Part shown: piece after piece, positions 50,676-58,867 of the stretch
How positions within the stretch are numbered: position 1 is the stretch's first letter
How the letters are laid out: each line of letters begins with the position of its first letter
NCBI GenBank assembly: GCA_017647575.1
Contig: JAGCKJ010000175.1
Coordinates: 3,271 to 67,270 of the forward strand
Reading direction: 5' to 3'
Length of the DNA stretch: 64,000 bases
From: Bacteroidaceae bacterium
Lineage (GTDB): Bacteria > Bacteroidota > Bacteroidia > Bacteroidales > Bacteroidaceae
Notes under the pieces: generated by a model
What the model saw: the letters and a program-made list of their open reading frames with translations, nothing else
Told to the model about the DNA's origin: nothing
Database searches by the model: none
Program-made: the position numbers and the translations under genes

Positions 50676-51572
50676 TTACATATTTTCATAGGTACCTGCA
50701 TCTGTCGTCGAGTAAAATTTTTTCGCTCCTTGTTGTGCGAGTATCACAAAATAACCAATATGATCTTGAAGTCCAATAAATGATGCTTTATCTGCTTCCG
50801 ACATTTGTATATTTTGACCATTTACAACGTTAGGGTGCGTATGAACCAAATATATGGGATCTAAAGGGATTCGGTCCCAATTAAGGTGTTTTATGGTCAT
50901 TTGTTTATCTGTGGCATTGATGTCTTCTATTAAAATACCAGAATTAAACCATATATAACCTGCCCATTCTTTTAAAGTTGAAATAGAGTTTTCACGACAT
51001 TTTGATATAGTTTCGTAAGATGACCATGCTTTCATTTTTATATTTCCACCTGATAGTTCATATGTAGTATTAGGAGATGCTGTTTGGCCAGGAGCTAAAT
51101 AACCTGATAATGCTTGTATCGCATAAGATTCAGGAGATGCGCTCTTTGTTCTTAAAAAAATATTTTTACGATTATCTAGTGTGTCTATATAAGTTGTGTT
51201 ATTGTAAACTAACGATTGGCATAATATTTTTTCACTGATAGATAAATTACTAAATTCTGGAAATTTAAGGTTGAATTTATCCATAGCGTCAATAAAACAA
51301 AGAAATTCTGTATCTAATTGTTGGCTGTATATGTATTTACCATCAATAATACACTCTAGTTTCATTTTGGTCGTATCTTTACTTAAAACCGAATTTTCGA
51401 ATACATTATTTGCGGCAATTAAATTTAAATACTCAGGAGAATTTGAAATTTCAAATATCTTGTTATTAGTTTCGTAATAGTTTAACTCATACAAATCTTC
51501 ATTAATACAACTAACTAATAATATGCTGTACGCACTTATTAATAATCTCAACAATGTTTTAGATACTTTCAT
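50676..51572 (-). CDS. Hypothetical lipoprotein with C-terminal JAMM/MPN+-like metal-binding motif
   Basis: 298 aa with the lipoprotein signal LLISAYSILLVSC. The C-terminal HTHPNVVNGQNIQMSEAD reads H-x-H-x11-S-x2-D, preceded by KEWAGYIW (a candidate Glu). The gene is very AT-rich. The CDS is well supported but the function is tentative. Confidence 0.6.
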   Translation of the reverse strand: MKVSKTLLRLLISAYSILLVSCINEDLYELNYYETNNKIFEISNSPEYLNLIAANNVFENSVLSKDTTKMKLECIIDGKYIYSQQLDTEFLCFIDAMDKFNLKFPEFSNLSISEKILCQSLVYNNTTYIDTLDNRKNIFLRTKSASPESYAIQALSGYLAPGQTASPNTTYELSGGNIKMKAWSSYETISKCRENSISTLKEWAGYIWFNSGILIEDINATDKQMTIKHLNWDRIPLDPIYLVHTHPNVVNGQNIQMSEADKASFIGLQDHIGYFVILAQQGAKKFYSTTDAGTYENM

Positions 51573-51634
51573 TACAATAATTCTTTAAGTTAATAAATAG
51601 AATTGGCTATGGTTAATTTAAAATAAATTAACTT

Positions 51635-51642
51635 CAAAGATA
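51635..51642 (-). promoter_or_regulatory. Putative -7 promoter box (TAnnTTTG) for the JAMM-motif lipoprotein gene
   Basis: TATCTTTG on the minus strand lies 62 nt upstream of the ATG at 51572. Confidence 0.4.
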
Positions 51643-51708
51643 GTAAAATTCTTTTTAAGAATAAAATAAGTTTACTTGATTCTTTGTCTGAGGTGTAGCC
51701 TATATTCA

Positions 51709-52359
51709 TCAATGAATTTCTCTGCCTTTGGTGCGCCAGCGGATGTAACCGTAAACGGACGCTATTAAGTAGAAGATATAGAGCAGGATAGTACTGAAGT
51801 GCAGACCACGTTTGCAGTAGATGTAGATGGAAACTGCATTTACCACAAACCAGTATCCCCACACTTCTATTATTTTCTGAGCAAGCACCCATGTGCCTAC
51901 AATGTTCAGTGTGGTGGTAAACGCATCCAGTACAGGTACGGGAGAATCGGTAAGATATTCAAGTATCAAATATATAACTGCCCAGATAGCAATACTAACT
52001 ATTGATGTTTTTGTAAATTGGGGCAGGGTAAAGTGAGTATAGGTTATATGCTCACTTTCCTCTTTTTGTACCCCATTTTTATTTGAATGTTTATACCATT
52101 TGTAGAAACCGTAAATGCAAAGTATAATATTGAAACAGCTGAATCCCATATCGGCATAAATCTTTGAATTGAAATATACGCAGGCATATATAACTGAACT
52201 AATGGCACAGACTATCCACATAGCTGCCTTTTGCTCAAATTCCAGGATTAGATATACAAAACTCAGTATCAGTCCTGCAATCTGAATAATACCCCAGAAA
52301 TCCAAACCTGTAAATTGAGATATCAAATAGTCTGTTATGGTTTGTATCAGCTGTTCCAT
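51709..52359 (-). CDS. pnuT: PnuC-family transporter, predicted thiamine transporter (PnuT) from riboswitch context
   Basis: 216 aa and polytopic, with PnuC-like W-rich helices (GTWVLAQK, WGYWFVVN). It lies 6 nt downstream of a TonB-dependent receptor that is preceded by a TPP riboswitch. Confidence 0.8.
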   Translation of the reverse strand: MEQLIQTITDYLISQFTGLDFWGIIQIAGLILSFVYLILEFEQKAAMWIVCAISSVIYACVYFNSKIYADMGFSCFNIILCIYGFYKWYKHSNKNGVQKEESEHITYTHFTLPQFTKTSIVSIAIWAVIYLILEYLTDSPVPVLDAFTTTLNIVGTWVLAQKIIEVWGYWFVVNAVSIYIYCKRGLHFSTILLYIFYLIASVYGYIRWRTKGREIH

Positions 52360-52365
52360 AATATA

Positions 52366-54609
52366 TTAGAATTTCAATGTTAATGATGTCAGGAAACTTA
52401 TAGGTGCCTGTACAAACAGTCCATCTTCCTTATATCTGTTGTCGGCAGTGTAGCCATAGCTTTCCGACACAGCAGTATATACCCATCCGTTTGAAGAGTA
52501 TTGTTTGTTGAATAGATTGTTTATCTGCAGATTAAGTTTGGCCTCCTGGAAATTGACCGGGTGGAATGTATAACTGATATTCAGATCTGTCACACAATAA
52601 GCATCCAGTGAACGCTCTTTGCATGATGAATTGTCTAAATATTGTCGTCCCACATAATTGGTACTGACAGTGGCATTAAAGCCGTTCAGGAAATCGGCAG
52701 ACAACATACTGTAAGCTGTTACATTTGGTGATAAAGCAATATCTGTTTCATCGTAATGAATTTGCAGCGCATCGCCCTCCCAGTTATCCACATATTCGGT
52801 GAAATCTACAATTTTGTTTCTGCTGAATGTTGCATTACCACTCCAGTGAATCTTGTCTGTCAGTGAAACACCAGCTTCAATCTCTATACCTTTTCTGTAT
52901 GAACTTTCTACATTCTCTGTAAGTGCTTCGCCGATATCACTTATGCGTCCGGTTGCAATTAGCTGGTTTTTATAGTCCATATAGTAAAGGTTTATACCTG
53001 CGTGCCAACTGTTTGCCTTATATTGATACCCCAGTTCATAATCATACAGAGTTTCAGCCTTAGGCAGCAGTGTACCACCATTGTCGGTATAGTTGTTTCT
53101 GGTAGGTTCTCTGTTTATTCGTGCTGCAGAGAAGTAGGTGTTACCCCAGTCAGCAAAATAGCTTATACCCGCTTTTGGATTAAAGAAATGGAATGTTTCA
53201 TTAATATCAAGCAACTGATTCTGATACTTACCGTTTGCATCCTTTATAAATACATCGTTGTTACCGCTTATCAGGTAGTTTACATATCTGTATTGAAGAT
53301 CTGCAAAGAGATGCAGGTTCTCTCCTATATGGTACGTACCCTTTAAATAGACGTTTCCATCGCTCTTTTTAGCTTTACTGTCGTAGTAGTGCGCATCACC
53401 AATATTTATTCTGCTGCTGTCGGCAGAATTGATTATGCTCTCAAATTTTCCCCAGTGGTCACCGTCAAAATATTGCATGCCACCACCCAGCACCATCTCC
53501 ATCTTATTAGTCTCTCTTGTGATGTTGAAGATAGCACCTGCTGAATTATTCTTTAACCATTTTTGTCTGTTGGCATCGCCCTCTATTCCGGCATACTGGT
53601 TAAGACCAAACTTTTTGGCAAGGTTACTGTTGTCTTTCATATCCTCATAATAACCAATACCGTATGTATAGTGAAGTGTGGCCTGCATATCCCATCTGCT
53701 GTTTATATTTTTAGCGAATGTAAGATGAGTGTTGTTTTGCCAGTAGTTATCTGTTGTTGGACGGAAATGCAACCTCTCTTTATGGTCATAGAAGAGTCCC
53801 AGACTATTGAATGTAGGTTTACCATCTTTTATGGAATCGGATGGAACACCATTCCATGCCTGTCCGGTATGTTCAAAGCTGCCAAAATTCTTTAGACGTA
53901 CAAGATAGTCGTTACCATACCATGATGCCGATGCGAAATAGGAGCCTAAACGGGATTTTGTTCTGTCAATATAACCATCTGTGTTTGTTACAGAGAAACG
54001 TCCGTCCAGGATAAGATGGTTGAACAGCATACCACTACTGCCTTTAACAGTTCCGTTATAGGTGTTATATGAACCCATAGTACCCTCTGCATTAAGGTAC
54101 GGATCTATACTTGGTTTTGTGGATTGCATATTGACTGTTGCACCAAATGCGCCGCTGCCATTAGTTGATGTACCTGCTCCGCGTTGTATCTGAATACTCT
54201 CCAATGAACCTGAATAGGAGTTCATGTTTGCCCAGAAAACAGCATGATCTTCCGGACTGTTCATAGGAACTCCGTCCATTGTAAAGTTGATTCTGGTGTC
54301 GCTGGTGCCTCGAACGCGAATATACACTGTACCAATACCTAAACCATTGTCGGATGTGGCAACAACTCCTGGAACTGACTGTAACAGATACGGAAGTTCC
54401 TTGCTGCCTGTTACACTCTTCTCTATCGTATTGCTGCTGATGGTTGATTGAGTTATCGGAGTCTCTTCTGATGCTCTGGAAGATGATATTACAATCTCAT
54501 CAAGAGTAATATCTCTATCAGCTTCTGAATTGTTATTGGCTGCCCAAACCTGGTTTGAGACGAAGCCGGTAAGTCCCATAAGGACAGAAAATAAAAATAC
54601 CCTGTTCAT
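52366..54609 (-). CDS. TonB-dependent outer-membrane receptor, predicted thiamine/thiamine-precursor uptake
   Basis: 747 aa with a signal peptide and a plug region (LDEIVISSSRASE...VYIRVRG). The beta-barrel ends in ...SLTLKF (terminal Phe). It is under the TPP riboswitch. Confidence 0.85.
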   Translation of the reverse strand: MNRVFLFSVLMGLTGFVSNQVWAANNNSEADRDITLDEIVISSSRASEETPITQSTISSNTIEKSVTGSKELPYLLQSVPGVVATSDNGLGIGTVYIRVRGTSDTRINFTMDGVPMNSPEDHAVFWANMNSYSGSLESIQIQRGAGTSTNGSGAFGATVNMQSTKPSIDPYLNAEGTMGSYNTYNGTVKGSSGMLFNHLILDGRFSVTNTDGYIDRTKSRLGSYFASASWYGNDYLVRLKNFGSFEHTGQAWNGVPSDSIKDGKPTFNSLGLFYDHKERLHFRPTTDNYWQNNTHLTFAKNINSRWDMQATLHYTYGIGYYEDMKDNSNLAKKFGLNQYAGIEGDANRQKWLKNNSAGAIFNITRETNKMEMVLGGGMQYFDGDHWGKFESIINSADSSRINIGDAHYYDSKAKKSDGNVYLKGTYHIGENLHLFADLQYRYVNYLISGNNDVFIKDANGKYQNQLLDINETFHFFNPKAGISYFADWGNTYFSAARINREPTRNNYTDNGGTLLPKAETLYDYELGYQYKANSWHAGINLYYMDYKNQLIATGRISDIGEALTENVESSYRKGIEIEAGVSLTDKIHWSGNATFSRNKIVDFTEYVDNWEGDALQIHYDETDIALSPNVTAYSMLSADFLNGFNATVSTNYVGRQYLDNSSCKERSLDAYCVTDLNISYTFHPVNFQEAKLNLQINNLFNKQYSSNGWVYTAVSESYGYTADNRYKEDGLFVQAPISFLTSLTLKF

Positions 54610-54628
54610 ATTAGTTAATGTTTAAACT

Positions 54629-54740
54629 AATGAAAAGGGTAAGATTACAGTTCGAACTCCACTCCCTACGCCGGTACTAACCGAATCAGGTTCCTAGGGT
54701 ATAATCTCAGCCTCAAAAAAAGAGGCACCCCCTTTCATTC
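54629..54740 (-). promoter_or_regulatory. TPP (THI-box) riboswitch
   Basis: The minus-strand RNA reads GGGGUGCCUC-U7-GAGGCUGAGAUUAUACCCUAGGAACCUGAUUCGGUUAGUACCGGCGUAGGGAGU. It matches the conserved GGGGUGC / CUGAGA / ACCC / GAACCUGAU / GCGUAGGGA blocks. An outer helix pairs AAUGAAAGGG with ACCCUUUUCAUU. It sits between a -7 box and the receptor ATG. Confidence 0.9.
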
Positions 54741-54745
54741 GGGGG

Positions 54746-54753
54746 CAAAGTTA
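54746..54753 (-). promoter_or_regulatory. Putative -7 promoter box (TAnnTTTG) for the riboswitch-controlled thiamine uptake operon
   Basis: TAACTTTG on the minus strand lies immediately upstream of the riboswitch. Confidence 0.45.
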
Positions 54754-54794
54754 TATAGCTTTTTTTGAAATTACACCATGTTGGCAGAAAAAAA

Positions 54795-56678
54795 TTAAGA
54801 TTTTTCACTCAATTCAAGCCAGCGAAGTGTAATTTCATCTGTCCTCTCTATAATTTCTCCTATTCTTGCAGAGTGTTGCTGAAGTTTGTCAAATGGCAGT
54901 GTTCCACTGTTAAGCAATTCTTCCAGATTCTTCTTTTCATCCTCTAATTGAGACAATTCTGCTTCAATAGCTTCCATTTCGCGCTTCTCTTTATAGGTGA
55001 GTTTGTCGCTCTTTTTAGTTGGATTATTGTCTGTTTTGGCAAATTTCTGACTGTTTTTGTTGCGCTCCTCTTCCTGCTTCTTTTTCTCTTCGGCCTCTTT
55101 CAGGCGTTTCCATTCTATAAAATCACTATATGAAGACGGGAACTGTGTTACTGTACCGTTACCTTCAAATACCAGCAGATGATCTACCGTTTTATCCATA
55201 AAGTAGCGGTCATGTGATATTATGATTACACAACCTTTGAACGATGCAAGATACTCTTCCAGAACCTGTAATGTGTGAATGTCCAGATCGTTTGTAGGTT
55301 CGTCAAGTATCAGAAAATTAGGGCTTTGCATAAGTATGGAGCATAAGTAGAGCCTGCGCCTTTCACCACCGCTCAGCTTATATACATACTTGTGCTGTGT
55401 TGCAGGAGAGAACAAAAACTTCTGTAGAAATTGACCGGCTGACATCTTTCTGCCATCATCCAGATCTACGTGTTCAGCAATGTCGGTAATTACATCAATT
55501 ACCTTCTCATTTTCATTAAACCTAAGTCCTTCCTGTGAATAGTAACCAATCTTTAATGTGGTGCCACGTTCTATTATTCCGCCGTCCTGTGGCTCTATTC
55601 CCAAAAGCATCTTGATAAAGGTGGATTTGCCAACTCCGTTAGCTCCTACAATACCTAACTTCTCCATTTTGGTAAAGATGTAGCTGAAATCCTTCAGAAT
55701 AACTTTATTTCCAAACTTCTTTGAAAGATGCTCAATTTCAAAAATCTTTTTGCCAATATAAGATGCCTTTACGTCTAGAACAACATTGTTTTCTACACGT
55801 TTGTGGCTTAAACGCTCTTCAAGTTCGTAGAACGATTCTTTTCTGTAGCGTGCTTTTGTACCACGCGCACAGGGCATTCTGCGCATCCAGTCTATCTCTG
55901 TTCTGTAAAGGTTCAGATCGCTTTCGCGTTGTGAAGCCTCAGCATCCAGACGCTCTTGACGTTTCTCTATATAGTAACTGTAACTGCCGGAATATGAATA
56001 GGCTCTCTGGTCATCTATCTCAATAATTCTGTTACAAACCCTGTCTAACATATAGCGGTCGTGGGTTACAAGCAGAAGCGTTATGTTACTGCTGCATAAC
56101 CAATCTTCCAGCCATTCGGTAATCTCTACATCAAGATGGTTGGTAGGTTCGTCTAAAATCAGCAGATCCGGATTCGATATTAGTGCGCTTGCCAGTGCCA
56201 CTCTTTTTATTTCACCGCCCGACAAGTTATCTATCTTTCGGTCAAATTCGGTGATATTAAGCTGTGTAAGAATCTGTTTTGCTCTTGTTTCATGATTCCA
56301 GGCATCGTTGCTGTCCATTAGCGAAATAGCCTTTTCTATACGATGCTGATCTCCTGTAGCCATTGCAGATTCATATTCTGATATGATTTGCAGAACTGGC
56401 GAACCATTGCTGAAACATGCTTCCAGAATGGTTGTGCCGGGAGTAAAAACAGGTGTCTGTTCAAGATAAGATACGGTAATATCACGGCGGAAAATTATGC
56501 TTCCATCATTATAGTCCTCTTTACCGGCAATAATGTTAAGTAAGGTAGATTTGCCTATACCGTTCCTGGCTATAATACCTACTTTTTCGCCTTCTGCAAC
56601 ATTTATGGTGAGTTTGTCAAACAGAACTATATCACCAATTCTTTTGGTCAGATTGTCAATCTGTATATAACTCTCCAT
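54795..56678 (-). CDS. ABC-F family ATPase (two ABC domains, no TM domain)
   Basis: 627 aa. The two Walker A motifs are GIGKSTLLN and GVGKSTFIK. The two signature motifs are LSGGEIKRVAL and LSGGERRRLYL. It has a Lys/Glu-rich coiled-coil C-terminus. Confidence 0.9.
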   Translation of the reverse strand: MESYIQIDNLTKRIGDIVLFDKLTINVAEGEKVGIIARNGIGKSTLLNIIAGKEDYNDGSIIFRRDITVSYLEQTPVFTPGTTILEACFSNGSPVLQIISEYESAMATGDQHRIEKAISLMDSNDAWNHETRAKQILTQLNITEFDRKIDNLSGGEIKRVALASALISNPDLLILDEPTNHLDVEITEWLEDWLCSSNITLLLVTHDRYMLDRVCNRIIEIDDQRAYSYSGSYSYYIEKRQERLDAEASQRESDLNLYRTEIDWMRRMPCARGTKARYRKESFYELEERLSHKRVENNVVLDVKASYIGKKIFEIEHLSKKFGNKVILKDFSYIFTKMEKLGIVGANGVGKSTFIKMLLGIEPQDGGIIERGTTLKIGYYSQEGLRFNENEKVIDVITDIAEHVDLDDGRKMSAGQFLQKFLFSPATQHKYVYKLSGGERRRLYLCSILMQSPNFLILDEPTNDLDIHTLQVLEEYLASFKGCVIIISHDRYFMDKTVDHLLVFEGNGTVTQFPSSYSDFIEWKRLKEAEEKKKQEEERNKNSQKFAKTDNNPTKKSDKLTYKEKREMEAIEAELSQLEDEKKNLEELLNSGTLPFDKLQQHSARIGEIIERTDEITLRWLELSEKS

Positions 56679-57627
56679 ATTCGTCTTCTAATTCTTGTTT
56701 TTTGTGTGGGCGATATGTTTCAACATTCTGGAATGCGTATGAAAGTTCTACCCCAAACAGCACTATAAACCACGATATATTCAGCCACATCATCAGGAAT
56801 GGTATAGCTGCCAATGCACCGAATACACCATTCAAACGGTTGAAGAAAATCTGTGTTTCCAAATATATCCATTGGAACAGACAGAAAAAGATAGCTGTTA
56901 TCAGCGCTGCCTGAAAAGCGCGGAATATCTTTACCTTTGTGCCGGGAATAAATTTGTACATCATGGTAAGTACCAATACGGTAATACCGTACGATGCCAG
57001 CCAAGTCATACCTTCTGATATGTTTTCCCAATATGGAGTATCTAAAATAGCACTCATCAAACCATTTCCGTGTGAAAAAAGCAACGATGTGGATAAGAAC
57101 ATCAGTATAACAAAAGGTAATAATATCACAATTGCAAAATATGCACTTATGCGTTTCCAGAATTTGCGTGATACCTTAACTTCCCAAATGTAGTTGAAAG
57201 CTTTCTCTACCTGAATCATCAGCCAAAATACCAACCATATAAAACTGGCAGCACTTATTATTCCAAATGCTCCCTGTTCCATAATGCCTATTATATTGTT
57301 GGCATACATAAGTATCTGTTTGATAATAGCTTCCTGTCCGGAAAAGTTTAAAAGAAGCAACTCTTCAAGTTTGTCGCCTATGCCAAATCCGCTTGTTATG
57401 GCAAAAGCCACAGCCACACAGGGAATAAGTGCCATTGTGGTAAAGTATGCCAATGCAACTGCGCGGTAGTTTACCTTTTGGTTTCTGAAAGTAGATAAGG
57501 TCATAATAAGAACTTTGAGGTATTGAGCTGCACGCGCTCTGTTTTTGCCAAACAGTGTGGTGTCTAATTCCCAAATACCGTTTCTTACAAACTCTATAAC
57601 TCTCTTAATCGGACCTTTTATTCCCAT
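56656..57627 (-). CDS. YihY/BrkB family membrane protein
   Basis: This is the ORF-track frame, restarted at the ATG at 57627 (MGIKGPIKRV...), because the TTG at 57702 would overlap aroQ. It is polytopic, and its size and hydrophobic pattern are typical of YihY. Its 3' end overlaps the ABC-F start by 23 nt. Confidence 0.72.
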   Translation of the reverse strand: MGIKGPIKRVIEFVRNGIWELDTTLFGKNRARAAQYLKVLIMTLSTFRNQKVNYRAVALAYFTTMALIPCVAVAFAITSGFGIGDKLEELLLLNFSGQEAIIKQILMYANNIIGIMEQGAFGIISAASFIWLVFWLMIQVEKAFNYIWEVKVSRKFWKRISAYFAIVILLPFVILMFLSTSLLFSHGNGLMSAILDTPYWENISEGMTWLASYGITVLVLTMMYKFIPGTKVKIFRAFQAALITAIFFCLFQWIYLETQIFFNRLNGVFGALAAIPFLMMWLNISWFIVLFGVELSYAFQNVETYRPHKKQELEDEYGELYTD

Positions 57628-57664
57628 ATATGTAACTTTATTGACAAAGGTACAACTTTTTTGC

Positions 57665-58087
57665 TTATAAAAAGAAATCAAGTGCTTCGGTGTAACCTTC
57701 AAACCCTTTACCGCAGATAGTTTTAGCGGCGTAGAGAGAAATATATGAGAACTTTCTAAACTCTTCGCGACTGTTAATGTCGCTTAAGTGTACCTCTACA
57801 GTGGGCAGACCAACAGCTTTCAATGCATCAAGGATAGCTACACTGGTATGTGTATAAGCTGCCGGATTAATTATAATTCCATCAAAATGGTTGTATGCTT
57901 CCTGAATCTTATCAACTATACAACCTTCATGATTGGACTGATATATCTCAACTTCAAGTCCCTTTGAAACAGCTGCCTTATTGATGCTATCCACCAAATC
58001 TGCGTATGTACTTTTGCCGTAAATGTCAGGCTCTCTAATGCCTAAAAAATTCAGATTGGGACCATTTATAACCAATATCTTTTTCAT
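57665..58087 (-). CDS. aroQ: Type II 3-dehydroquinate dehydratase
   Basis: 140 aa. The N-terminus is ILVINGPNLNFLGIREPDIYG. Confidence 0.95.
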   Translation of the reverse strand: MKKILVINGPNLNFLGIREPDIYGKSTYADLVDSINKAAVSKGLEVEIYQSNHEGCIVDKIQEAYNHFDGIIINPAAYTHTSVAILDALKAVGLPTVEVHLSDINSREEFRKFSYISLYAAKTICGKGFEGYTEALDFFL

Positions 58088-58866
58088 TGTCTGATTTCAA
58101 GATTATCGTTTAACATATTTGTTACGGCTTCCGGTTTGTCTGCATATCTTATTGTAGCCAGACAAGAAACTCTTTCGCCTTCCGTAACAATACGGAAGTT
58201 CCACAAATCCGGCTCTTCTGTTGCATAAACAGTACATTCCATACTTTCTCCTATGAAAGATTCCTGCTTGAACCAAATACCTAATTCTGTTACAGAATGC
58301 GATTCCTGATACTCTGTGGGCAGTGCGGCAAGGCAAGCATACAGATAGGTCATATTTGTAACGTGATGATTAAAATCGGCATCACTTTTGTTGGTAATGT
58401 GCGTATGGCTGTATGCAACCTCTTTTGATACAGGTTGTTTGTGTCTGTGAGTGCCAAACACCATTTCATCTGCAACTTCTATGTTGTTCAGCATAGTGTT
58501 GGCTCTTATAGGGGTACGCTTTGCTATATCCAGCATAGCCCAGGTGCTGTCACCGTATGCCACCACATTGTTTTTGTGCCAAATCCTGTATTCGGCATAC
58601 ACCTTTACTGCGGGAGCTTCAGGAACCCATAGCTCTACTCGTACCGTTTCGCCCCAAAATGGCTGAACAGGCAGCATGTGAAACGTAAAGTCGGAAATAA
58701 TCCACATTTTATCCTCCCTTCTCAAATCAAAAGCCGCACAATGATGTTTTGCCATGTATGAAGCAAAACAATCTTGAAATATGGCTGCAATGCCCGCCGG
58801 CGAGAGTCTGAAATCTTCGTCCATAGTGGCATTCATTACACAGTAATTCTTATTACAATATTTCAT
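58084..58866 (-). CDS. Acyl-ACP thioesterase family (double hot-dog) protein
   Basis: 260 aa. The pattern ...AAIFQDCFASYMAKHH...MWIISDFTFHMLPVQPFWGETVRVELWV... resembles the N-terminal hot-dog of acyl-ACP thioesterases. The gene starts 1 nt after the aroA stop, and its stop overlaps the aroQ start (ATGA). Confidence 0.65.
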   Translation of the reverse strand: MKYCNKNYCVMNATMDEDFRLSPAGIAAIFQDCFASYMAKHHCAAFDLRREDKMWIISDFTFHMLPVQPFWGETVRVELWVPEAPAVKVYAEYRIWHKNNVVAYGDSTWAMLDIAKRTPIRANTMLNNIEVADEMVFGTHRHKQPVSKEVAYSHTHITNKSDADFNHHVTNMTYLYACLAALPTEYQESHSVTELGIWFKQESFIGESMECTVYATEEPDLWNFRIVTEGERVSCLATIRYADKPEAVTNMLNDNLEIRQ

Positions 58867-58867
58867 T

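Noticed and set aside
51590-51892. 100-aa minus-strand ORF overlapping the 3' end of the PnuC-like gene
   Set aside because: It is in a different frame from a well-supported transporter gene, it extends into the AT-rich spacer, and I recognise no motif.
54765-54947. 60-aa + strand ORF at the ABC-F 3' end
   Set aside because: It is antisense to the ABC-F coding sequence and starts in the promoter/riboswitch spacer. It is a shadow ORF.
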